Shown here in pieces: positions 49,212-56,857 of a stretch of DNA of 64,000 nt (positions within the stretch are counted from its first letter, which is position 1; the number at the start of each line of letters is the position of its first letter). Location: NCBI GenBank assembly GCA_020692355.1, contig JAIMKP010000012.1, positions 5,724 through 69,723 on the forward strand, read 5' to 3'. The DNA is from Desulfosporosinus sp. (lineage in GTDB: Bacteria > Bacillota > Desulfitobacteriia > Desulfitobacteriales > Desulfitobacteriaceae). A program made the position numbers and the translations under genes. The notes beneath the pieces are model-generated. The model was not told the origin of the DNA. It did no database searches and saw nothing but the letters and a program-made list of their open reading frames with translations.

Positions 49212-49268
49212 ATTCTACACCTCACCCCATTATTATACCATTTCGCCGTTAAGCCCCCAGCTATCCAC

Positions 49269-50234
49269 TCATTTCTGCCATTTTTTCTTATGAAAGTACC
49301 AAAGGCTGATACCCATGATCATACCAGATACCCCATAAAAAAACCAGATCCCATAGTTTGTATGAATTAAGGGCATGTTCTCAAAATTCATACCAAAAAA
49401 ACTGGTCAAGAGGTTAATGGGCAAGAGAAAGGTGGCCAAAAGTGTCAACACTTTCATGATGTCGTTGGCGCGATTGTCCAAGGCCGTTTGATAAGCTTCC
49501 CGCAAGCTTTCCAGAAGTTCATGGGTTTGCCGGACATTATCCAGTTCCCTTTGTGTGTCTTGAACCAGCTCTTGCCAGTCCCCTGGCCCCTCCATCCGCC
49601 CGACTCCTCCTAAACGGATAAACACGGACTGATGCGCGTTCAGCGACTTCTTGAGGCCGATCACCCGCTTATGCAGGTCCATGATCTTTTTTTCTTGCCA
49701 TATTTTTGGTCCCTTTAGAATACCTTCCTCAACAATATCCATCTGGTCTTCAAATTTCTCTAGAAGTTCTTGGTGGTGGAACAAAATTCTCGCTCCCAAA
49801 ACCTGCGCCAAATGCATGGAACAAGCCAGTAAACCTCGTTTGGCCCACGCTTTCAGTTGCTCAGGTTCAACGTCTCCCCATTCCCAAAGAACAAACTCCT
49901 TAGGGGTAAGGAAAAACCGAATCGCCCTTTCTTTGCCCCCTTGATCCATATCCCGATAACAGACATAGTAGTGCTCAGGCCCTAAGCGCTCTGCTCGAGG
50001 ATACACTCCCAAAAAACCTTCGTTCTTGTGTTTCCTGTCAGCTAACTGACGCCCCTTCGCTTCAACCCGTTCCAGCCACTCTCTCACCAGTCCTGGCGCG
50101 TCTGGCCGGACAAGTGCTGGAATCGCTTCCCGGTCAGCCATCGAAACAACGGTCAGCCAGAACCCTGGCTGTTGTATAATTTCGGATTCGCCCTCTTTGA
50201 CCATCCCACCTTGAAAAACATAGAACTTCTCCAC
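49269..50234 (-). CDS. corA: CorA-family magnesium/cobalt transporter
   Basis: GMNFENMP signature and two C-terminal TM helices. Confidence 0.8.
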   Translation of the reverse strand: MEKFYVFQGGMVKEGESEIIQQPGFWLTVVSMADREAIPALVRPDAPGLVREWLERVEAKGRQLADRKHKNEGFLGVYPRAERLGPEHYYVCYRDMDQGGKERAIRFFLTPKEFVLWEWGDVEPEQLKAWAKRGLLACSMHLAQVLGARILFHHQELLEKFEDQMDIVEEGILKGPKIWQEKKIMDLHKRVIGLKKSLNAHQSVFIRLGGVGRMEGPGDWQELVQDTQRELDNVRQTHELLESLREAYQTALDNRANDIMKVLTLLATFLLPINLLTSFFGMNFENMPLIHTNYGIWFFYGVSGMIMGISLWYFHKKKWQK

Positions 50235-50279
50235 AAAAACCTTCTCCTAACCTGAGGAATAAGCCCCAGAACATTCATC

Positions 50280-51512
50280 CTAAGGTGTCTCCCCAAAGAC
50301 ATCCGGGGACATCACCGGAAGCACCGCATCTCCCTTTTCAATCCAAGAACCCCAAGCCTTATCATCGGCTTGCCCTGAAAAGATCGATTGCGTTTTTCCT
50401 TCTTGAAAAAGGCTGCGTACGGCAACACGGCTCTCACTTAACCTAACCTTCCAGTAACTAATCCCCTCTTCAATTACAAAACTTCCTGGCAGGGTTTGCG
50501 AAACCATCTCAACCCCTTCTCCGGAACGGACAAGGTTCCAGAAAGCAAACATCTGCCCTAAGGAGAGATCCGTCTCTACGGCCCGATAGGCTTGGGGAAT
50601 AAGCCGAGGTAGCTTGGTCAAGGTTTTTGCCTGCAGTGCTTCTTTTACTATTGCTTTAATGACCGCTTGCTGGCGCATGGTTCGGGAGATATCTGCCAGA
50701 TTGTCATGGCGAAAACGGGCATATTGCAGAGCCTGGGTACCGCTCAGCCGCTGGGTTCCCTTCTTTAAATTTATGATCCCATCTACCTTATCCCCTGTAT
50801 TGTAATACATATCTTTCTCTACCGTAAGGGTGATTCCACCTAAGGTATCAATAATTTCCTTAAATCCAGTGAAGTTTACCTTTATGTAGCCATTGATCGT
50901 TTGGCCCAGCAGGTTTTCAGTAATCTTTACCGTTGACTTCAGTCCCTTGCCCAAGCGGGCGGCTGCGTTAATCTTCTGTTTGCCGAAGCCCGGATAGGTA
51001 ATCTGGGTATCCCTCGGGACCGACAAGAGCGCTAGGCGTTTGGCGGTCGGCATATAGTTGGCCAAAATCAAAGTATCCGTATTGCTTATATTGCCCTCGC
51101 CTGGTCGATTATCAACCCCGACTAACAGAACTGTAAACCCCCGACCCGCATCAACCTCAACATCGGGGAACGAAGGATAAACCCCAGGAGCCTCAGGATT
51201 GTCCCCCGAATTTCCCCCAGGATGACCTCCTGAGTCCCCACCGGGATTCGCATTTGCCTGTGGAACGCTACCCGAATAAGTCCCCCAATTTACGCTTGCA
51301 CTCCCAGGAGGGCTTCCCTGGGAACTCCCTCTAGGGTACATTAAATTCAGAAACCGATCCACCGCTCGGCCATGAAGAAGAGGGGATGTTGATAATAGCC
51401 CTATGCTCAAGCCCACAATGATGGTAAGGCTATATTTCTTCAAAGCTGGGAGCCATTTAACCCACACTCGAACCACTCCAATCTGCGCATCTAAATCATA
51501 GCTTTTGACCAA
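50280..51512 (-). CDS. LytR-CpsA-Psr (LCP) family cell-envelope phosphotransferase
   Basis: N-terminal TM segment, low-complexity G/P/S linker and an LCP core (GVDNRPG..NTDTLILA). Confidence 0.8.
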   Translation of the reverse strand: MVKSYDLDAQIGVVRVWVKWLPALKKYSLTIIVGLSIGLLSTSPLLHGRAVDRFLNLMYPRGSSQGSPPGSASVNWGTYSGSVPQANANPGGDSGGHPGGNSGDNPEAPGVYPSFPDVEVDAGRGFTVLLVGVDNRPGEGNISNTDTLILANYMPTAKRLALLSVPRDTQITYPGFGKQKINAAARLGKGLKSTVKITENLLGQTINGYIKVNFTGFKEIIDTLGGITLTVEKDMYYNTGDKVDGIINLKKGTQRLSGTQALQYARFRHDNLADISRTMRQQAVIKAIVKEALQAKTLTKLPRLIPQAYRAVETDLSLGQMFAFWNLVRSGEGVEMVSQTLPGSFVIEEGISYWKVRLSESRVAVRSLFQEGKTQSIFSGQADDKAWGSWIEKGDAVLPVMSPDVFGETP

Positions 51513-51657
51513 TGCACCGTGATTTATGCGAATTCGGGGTGATAAGATTGAAAAAGGCTAATTCCGTCACAGTTAAAAGCTCATCCAAGTGGCATTCTCA
51601 GAAAACAGGAATATACTGCCAATAGATAGAGATTATTCTAGTTCAGGAGGAGTCGAT

Positions 51658-51921
51658 ATGTTTTTTTCAAGCCTGAAACAAGCGCAAATCCCTAACCCCG
51701 AAGCGCAAGCAGCTGAGCCTGCCCAAAGCCAGAATTCCACTCCCTCCGGCCTCAGCGGCACCCTCTTTGGCAAACTTTTTGGCAAAGAATCGCTTCCTTA
51801 TGCTGGCCCTAATCCCTCTTATGAAAACGAAGCTTGGGCACCGGAACCTTATGTCGGGCTATTTCGTAAAAAAAGAGCCACAGCGGAGGAACAACTTCCC
51901 TCAACAACCGATGCCCAATGA
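51658..51921 (+). CDS. hypothetical small low-complexity protein
   Basis: AGGAGGAG lies 6 nt before ATG 51658. 87 aa, Q/A/P/S-rich. Confidence 0.35.
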   Translation: MFFSSLKQAQIPNPEAQAAEPAQSQNSTPSGLSGTLFGKLFGKESLPYAGPNPSYENEAWAPEPYVGLFRKKRATAEEQLPSTTDAQ

Positions 51922-51961
51922 TCTGAGGTCCGTGTTCCATCAGGGACACGGACCTCAGATC
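51920..51961 (+). other. perfect 16-bp (extendable to ~19-bp) inverted repeat overlapping the stop codon, between two small ORFs
   Basis: GATCTGAGGTCCGTGT ... ACACGGACCTCAGATC. No downstream T-run. Confidence 0.8.
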
Positions 51962-51996
51962 ATTCATTAATGCGCAAAGGAGGGAAGGCCCAAGCG

Positions 51997-52470
51997 ATGG
52001 ATCAAAACGAAACCGTGCTATTTAACCCTACTACTATCCGGTATTCCGGTTCTGGCTTCGGGCAACCCGCAGGGCAATCCTTGTTCTCCAGTCGTTCCCT
52101 GCGCACCTCCAGTTCTTATCCTCCCTCCAGGGTAAACCCTCGCGGCGCATCATCAAACCCCTACGCACAGCTCTATGCCCAAACTTCTTCCCCAACCATG
52201 TCTCCTCCTACGCTGGCCTCCCCTTCGCTCTACGCTACCGCCCGCTTCACGCCAACATTCTCCTCTTCCGCCTACTACCCGGCTAATCCCTATCTCTCCG
52301 GCTTCCCCCCCACTAATTCGTATGCTCCCGTGTATCCCGACGGGATTTATACTGGCACAGAACGTCCTAATTCGCACGGGGGCCTGGAAGCCGTGCTCAT
52401 CGCTATTCTTGTCCTCACCGCCCTCGATCTAACCCTCGTGAGGCCGTACAAATATAGTCTCAAAGAATAA
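51997..52470 (+). CDS. hypothetical Ser/Pro/Tyr-rich protein with C-terminal TM anchor
   Basis: AAAGGAGGGAAGG lies upstream of ATG 51997. Low-complexity S/P/Y body, then AVLIAILVLTALDLTLV. Confidence 0.4.
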   Translation: MDQNETVLFNPTTIRYSGSGFGQPAGQSLFSSRSLRTSSSYPPSRVNPRGASSNPYAQLYAQTSSPTMSPPTLASPSLYATARFTPTFSSSAYYPANPYLSGFPPTNSYAPVYPDGIYTGTERPNSHGGLEAVLIAILVLTALDLTLVRPYKYSLKE

Positions 52471-52680
52471 TAGCGTAATCCCTGTCGACCTTGGATAAAC
52501 TAACATCAATGTTCATTAACCTAAACCCATTGCGGGCTCCTTTCTTTAGTCAATGTCTTCACCATCACCTTATTTTGGAAACTCCATACCCAATTGCATC
52601 CTAAAAAAAAAGGCCGCCCGGATCTTTCATGCCCCCGGGTATCCAGTGAGCAACGCTCTGGTCGCAGCCTTCATCCTTTT

Positions 52681-52707
52681 CATCTTCTTCATCTTCTTCA
52701 TCTTCTT
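52681..52707. repeat. 9-nt tandem repeat (CATCTTCTT)x3
   Basis: Three perfect units, with a degenerate fourth at 52672-52680. Confidence 0.9.
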
Positions 52708-52839
52708 CTCTGCCTTTGCTCTCCCCGATCAACGCTCCTCCTTTTTCCTAGGCCTCGGCTTGATCCTAGCCATGAGCCTGGTCTACTGGGTAGTGCGCAA
52801 AAGATTATTTCCTGAACCCAAGTGACCCCAAGAACTACT

Positions 52840-53100
52840 CTATCTATAGTCGTCCAAAAAGGTTTCAAGCGGAATATCTTCATCTAGCTCGTCCCAATGG
52901 ATTCCTCTTGGTGTTAATCTGAACTTTTCCCGCAACGTATGATTAGCAGCCTTCAAAACGGGAAACCAATCTAGAGGAGTATATATAACTCGCCCATCCG
53001 ATAAAAAGACAACTAACACAGATGATTCCACTGTCACTTTTCTAATTTTGGTTGGTTCAGTTGGACGATTAAAGTGATCTTTTAATGTAGTACTAAGCAT
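52840..53100 (-). CDS. DUF2442-family small protein
   Basis: 86 aa. The C-terminal GIHWDELDEDIPLE motif is typical of DUF2442. Confidence 0.65.
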   Translation of the reverse strand: MLSTTLKDHFNRPTEPTKIRKVTVESSVLVVFLSDGRVIYTPLDWFPVLKAANHTLREKFRLTPRGIHWDELDEDIPLETFLDDYR

Positions 53101-53168
53101 GGAACTCCCTCCATTAGTGAATAGAAAAAGAACCTATATGCACCTAAACGTAATACAGTAGGACTCAT
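53082..53168 (-). pseudogene. truncated DUF4160-like gene (28 codons retained)
   Basis: MSPTVLRLGAYRFFFYS matches the DUF4160 N-terminus. The frame then ends after 11 more codons, overlapping the DUF2442 start. AAGGAGAG SD is retained. Confidence 0.5.
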
Positions 53169-53337
53169 AACAGTCTCTCCTTAAATATCTCTTCCCATGG
53201 AATATCATACCATAGCGAAAGCATATCTACCACTATATCCATCAGAGCTGAAGCATCAAAATTGTTTATATAGAGACTGGTGGTCATCTAATTCCTTTTT
53301 TCATTCAAGGGATTAGGGATTCAAGACCCGAGAGATA

Positions 53338-53588
53338 GGGATATTCCCGAGCACCTAGGGAACCCCTTAGGCCCATGCAGCTGCCAAACTCTGTGGTGGC
53401 GAGTACTCAAACTCACCGGGATGGCACGCACGATGCGTGCCACCGCCGACTCGAAATCTACGATTTCGCCAGAACTCTTATCCTTGCAGTGGAATGGCGA
53501 ATTCGGTGGGAATCCCGTCTCCGAACCGAGCCGCCACAGCAAGTTTGGCCTGCATGTACTGGGGTGAGTCAGGTGCCGCGAATATCCC
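53338..53588. ncRNA. candidate structured RNA / structured non-coding region (unclassified)
   Basis: Nested long-range complementarity: 53338-53346 GGGATATTC with 53580-53588 GAATATCCC, and 53374-53401 with 53532-53556. These enclose local hairpins at 53354-53371, 53423-53441 and 53452-53468. No credible ORF is present. Confidence 0.35.
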
Positions 53589-53626
53589 TGCTGCAAGCGC
53601 CATGGCTGAGCGTGATGCCGCGGAGT

Positions 53627-53672
53627 ATTCCCAACCCAAGCAATTCCCAACCCAAGCAATTCCCAACCCGAG
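53627..53672. repeat. 16-nt tandem repeat ATTCCCAACCCAAGCA x2.9 (G-tract-rich on the minus strand)
   Basis: Two perfect units plus a 14-nt partial unit, 33 nt beyond the stop of the BcrAD-type ATPase gene. Confidence 0.9.
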
Positions 53673-53704
53673 TGGCACCTCCACCACCTGAGAAGCTCTC
53701 CTGT

Positions 53705-54718
53705 TTAGCGAGCATTCACCTCGGACGCGGATCTCTGCTCCCCCTTCCCACTCGACCACTTGCCGCAGCGATCTCCCCAGCGTGCTAAGATCGTCTTGTC
53801 TTGCAGAATTTCGACAACTTCACAGTGATTGGCACAACCAGCACACTCAAAGCTGCTCGCTTGGAACTCGGTATCCACCACTTGCAGCCCCCGGAAACGG
53901 GATTCGCCCCTTTCCCCTTGCGCCCGCACCAGTTTTTCCTCCGCCAGATAGGCCGCCCCCAAAGCACCCATCACGGCAAAATGTTCCGGTATGATAATTT
54001 CCTGGCCTAACTCTTCCTCGAACGCTTTGCGGATACCGGGATTAGCCGCCACGCCCCCTTGAAAAAGGACAGGCCCACGAATATCCTTGTTTTTACCAAC
54101 GTTATTTAAATAATTACGCACCATTGCTTGGCAAAGGCCAGCTAAGATATCTTCCAAAGAATGCCCCAACTGCTGCTTGTGGATCATATCAGATTCTGCA
54201 AACACCGAACAGCGCCCGGCGATGCGTACCGGGTGCTGGGCCTCTACCGCCAAGGGGCCAAACTGTTCGATAGGAATCCCGAGGCGACCTGCCTGTTGGT
54301 CTAGGAAAGATCCCGTTCCAGCCGCACAAACCGTATTCATAGCAAAATCCACCACGACTCCATCCCTAAGGCAAATAATCTTTGAATCTTGGCCTCCGAT
54401 CTCCAAAATCGTCTGCACTCCGGGATGAACCCGCGAAGCCGCGACAGCGTGGGCGGTAATCTCATTTTTTACCACATCGGCCCCTAATAGCGTGGCAGCC
54501 AACTGCCGGGCACTTCCCGTCGTCCCCACTCCAATAATCCGGGCCTGGGGAAATTTAGCCCGCAGTTGCTTTAGCCCTTCCTTAATCGTCTGCATCGGCC
54601 GCCCCATGGTTCGCAGGTACAGGGCCTCCGCCACTTGTTCCTCATGATCCAACAAGACTAAGTTGGTGCTCACAGAACCAACATCCACACCGAGATAATA
54701 CTCATTCCCGAGCAACAT
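53705..54718 (-). CDS. BadF/BadG/BcrA/BcrD-type ATPase (acyl-CoA dehydratase/reductase activase-like) with Cys-rich C-terminus
   Basis: N-terminal YLGVDVGSVSTN and internal GGQDSK actin-fold ATPase motifs. C-terminal CAGCANHC. Confidence 0.85.
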   Translation of the reverse strand: MLLGNEYYLGVDVGSVSTNLVLLDHEEQVAEALYLRTMGRPMQTIKEGLKQLRAKFPQARIIGVGTTGSARQLAATLLGADVVKNEITAHAVAASRVHPGVQTILEIGGQDSKIICLRDGVVVDFAMNTVCAAGTGSFLDQQAGRLGIPIEQFGPLAVEAQHPVRIAGRCSVFAESDMIHKQQLGHSLEDILAGLCQAMVRNYLNNVGKNKDIRGPVLFQGGVAANPGIRKAFEEELGQEIIIPEHFAVMGALGAAYLAEEKLVRAQGERGESRFRGLQVVDTEFQASSFECAGCANHCEVVEILQDKTILARWGDRCGKWSSGKGEQRSASEVNAR

Positions 54719-55829
54719 TCAACACGTCCTCCCTGGTTAAGGTTCTAATCCGCCGTCGTTCCAGCAGATCCACAAAAGCCTCCAGCCGGGTCTGCACCCC
54801 CGCACGCCCGCTATGTTCATCAACAGTCAAGGTCATAATGGGAATCCGATAGTCCGCCTGAATGCGTGGCAGCACACTGGATGCTACGATTTCCGGCATG
54901 CAGCCAAGGGGCAAAAGCTGGATGATCCCGTCCGCGCCCTCGCGGGCAAATTGAACTGCTGCTCCGACCGTTTCCTGGCCATGCCCACCTACGAAATGGG
55001 GCAAATAGGGTTTGGCCAGGCGCGGATAATCCCGCAGGGGATGGTATCCCTGGGCCAGCCCCTGAAAAACATGCTGCCCGACCCAACTGGAAAGATAAAT
55101 CGAGCGATTGACTTCTACACCCAAATTCCCCAGCTGCTGTTCCACATCCAGGGAACTAAACGGATCGAGGATCGTATAGATCTCGCCAACCACTCCAACC
55201 CGCAAGGGTTTTTCACCCCGGAGCGGCGCTTGACATTCTTTAATACTTTGTTGCACCCAGAAAACCGCCTCTTCCAGCCCTTTATCCTCGGAGGCTTCGA
55301 TCAGGTGCTGCTTCGCCTTGGAATAAAGCTTCTCAGCGGCCAGCGGCTCCGCCAAACGCGGTCGAGCCGCATGAATCAAATCTTCCACCCGATCCAGTGC
55401 CACACTCTTGCGATAAGCGAAACGTATCGCTTTGAGAATTTTCGTCCATGAATTATGCCTTCCGGCGAGATAGCGAATCCGCTTAGCAAGCCCCCACAGG
55501 CTCCCATCCGGAGGTTCAAGGATCACTACTTCGTAGGAATAGCCGGCATCCCTGAGGATTTGACGTTCCAGTTCCCCATAATAACCAAAGCGGCAAGGCC
55601 CGATTCCACCCGTAATCGCGATGGTATCAGCGCCTTTGGCTGCCGCTTCTATGTAGTTTCCCAGATTAATTTTCAGAGGCAAACAAGAGGATTCCGGGGC
55701 AAGTTTGGTTCCCAAGTTCAGAGTTCCTTTGCTCGTGGGCGGGGGAACCGCCACATCCACATTCAGAGTTTCGAACAAGGCCTGAATGACGATCCAGGCG
55801 TTACCCATGTGCGGAAAAGTTACTTTCAC
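54702..55829 (-). CDS. 2-hydroxyacyl-CoA dehydratase / activase-related (HgdB/DUF2229-like) protein
   Basis: MKVTFPHMGN.., SSCLPLK, GPCRFGYY and C-terminal TVDEHSGRAGVQTRLEAFVDLLERR. Overlaps both neighbours. Confidence 0.7.
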   Translation of the reverse strand: MKVTFPHMGNAWIVIQALFETLNVDVAVPPPTSKGTLNLGTKLAPESSCLPLKINLGNYIEAAAKGADTIAITGGIGPCRFGYYGELERQILRDAGYSYEVVILEPPDGSLWGLAKRIRYLAGRHNSWTKILKAIRFAYRKSVALDRVEDLIHAARPRLAEPLAAEKLYSKAKQHLIEASEDKGLEEAVFWVQQSIKECQAPLRGEKPLRVGVVGEIYTILDPFSSLDVEQQLGNLGVEVNRSIYLSSWVGQHVFQGLAQGYHPLRDYPRLAKPYLPHFVGGHGQETVGAAVQFAREGADGIIQLLPLGCMPEIVASSVLPRIQADYRIPIMTLTVDEHSGRAGVQTRLEAFVDLLERRRIRTLTREDVLNVARE

Positions 55830-56835
55830 GCTGTACCCTTCTTTCGGTCATATCGAGGAAAGCTTCCAGACGAGTGACCAAGCCTGCTTCCCCGCTGTGC
55901 TCATCTAAGGTTAACACCATATAGGGTTTATGCTGCTGGCGGGCAATCCGGGCCACCATGTCCTGGGTCATCGAATCCGTCCCACAGCCAAAACAGGACA
56001 AATAAATCACCCCGTCCACTGCCTCATCCCCGATATAGGATGCCCCAGCCCCCATGATTTTGCGCGCATGGCTCCAGAACACGCTCTTATGCAGCCCCTG
56101 CAATCCTTGTTCAATTCCTTGTGGCTCCATTTCTTCAATAAAGCGTACGTGAGCACGTTCACCTAATTTCGCCACAAGGTTCAAGTTGGCATAATTATCC
56201 TGAGTCAAATATGGATGTCCCACGAGGGCAACCGTCAGAACAGCCGCTGATTCGTCCCTGTCCGGGTTGTCAAATCGGATTGTTCTACCGGCCTCTCCAG
56301 CCAGGCGTGGATCAAACTCGCCCATGCTCTCCCCAAAGCTCCGTCCCTCATGGCGCCTGCTTTCATAGTGCTCTTGCCAGTTCTGAGCAAGGAGGAACCC
56401 TTGCCGCGCTTCCGCTCCGGTTTTGCCTAAACCTTCGGCAAATTCTTCGAGAGTACGTATTACCCGCCGTTTACCCTGACGCATGTTGAAATCTAAGGTG
56501 AGGACTCCCATCCCTTCCGGCACCGACGCGAAAACGCTCTCCGGTAGCCCCAGGAGTTTCGGGCACAAATACGTCTTTTCCTCCACGCTGACCATACGCG
56601 GCAGGAAAAGAGCATCCACCCCCATCCCGGATAAGGCCTGAATATGTCCGACCAGGAGTTTAATGGGAAGGCATGTTTCATCACTCGCCTTTTTTAAACC
56701 CTGTTCAAGAACCTGACGGTTAGTCAGGGGTGAGGTGATGAGTTCCAAATCCAACCCTCGAAAAAAACCGGCCCAAAACGGAAAATAGTCATAATAATGC
56801 ACAGCCCGCGGATATCCTACTTTCAACAGCGCCAC
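55801..56835 (-). CDS. acyl-CoA dehydratase activase-related (DUF2229-like) protein, paralogue of the downstream gene
   Basis: GTG start 22 nt after the spoVAF stop. KVGYPRAVHYYDYFPFW N-terminus and C-terminal TLDEHSGEAGLVTRLEAFLDMTERR. Confidence 0.7.
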   Translation of the reverse strand: MALLKVGYPRAVHYYDYFPFWAGFFRGLDLELITSPLTNRQVLEQGLKKASDETCLPIKLLVGHIQALSGMGVDALFLPRMVSVEEKTYLCPKLLGLPESVFASVPEGMGVLTLDFNMRQGKRRVIRTLEEFAEGLGKTGAEARQGFLLAQNWQEHYESRRHEGRSFGESMGEFDPRLAGEAGRTIRFDNPDRDESAAVLTVALVGHPYLTQDNYANLNLVAKLGERAHVRFIEEMEPQGIEQGLQGLHKSVFWSHARKIMGAGASYIGDEAVDGVIYLSCFGCGTDSMTQDMVARIARQQHKPYMVLTLDEHSGEAGLVTRLEAFLDMTERRVQRESNFSAHG

Positions 56836-56857
56836 CCTTTCATCAGTTATAGTTACC

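Noticed and set aside
53627-53672. Tandem 16-nt repeats considered as a possible CRISPR array.
   Set aside because: The units are contiguous with no spacers, there are only ~2.9 copies, and no cas genes are present. This is a simple tandem repeat.
53678-53686. CTCCACCA near the end of the structured region resembles a tmRNA/tRNA 3' end.
   Set aside because: There is no T-arm (GGTTCGAATCC-like) before it, no tag reading frame and no GGGG 5' end. The match is coincidental.
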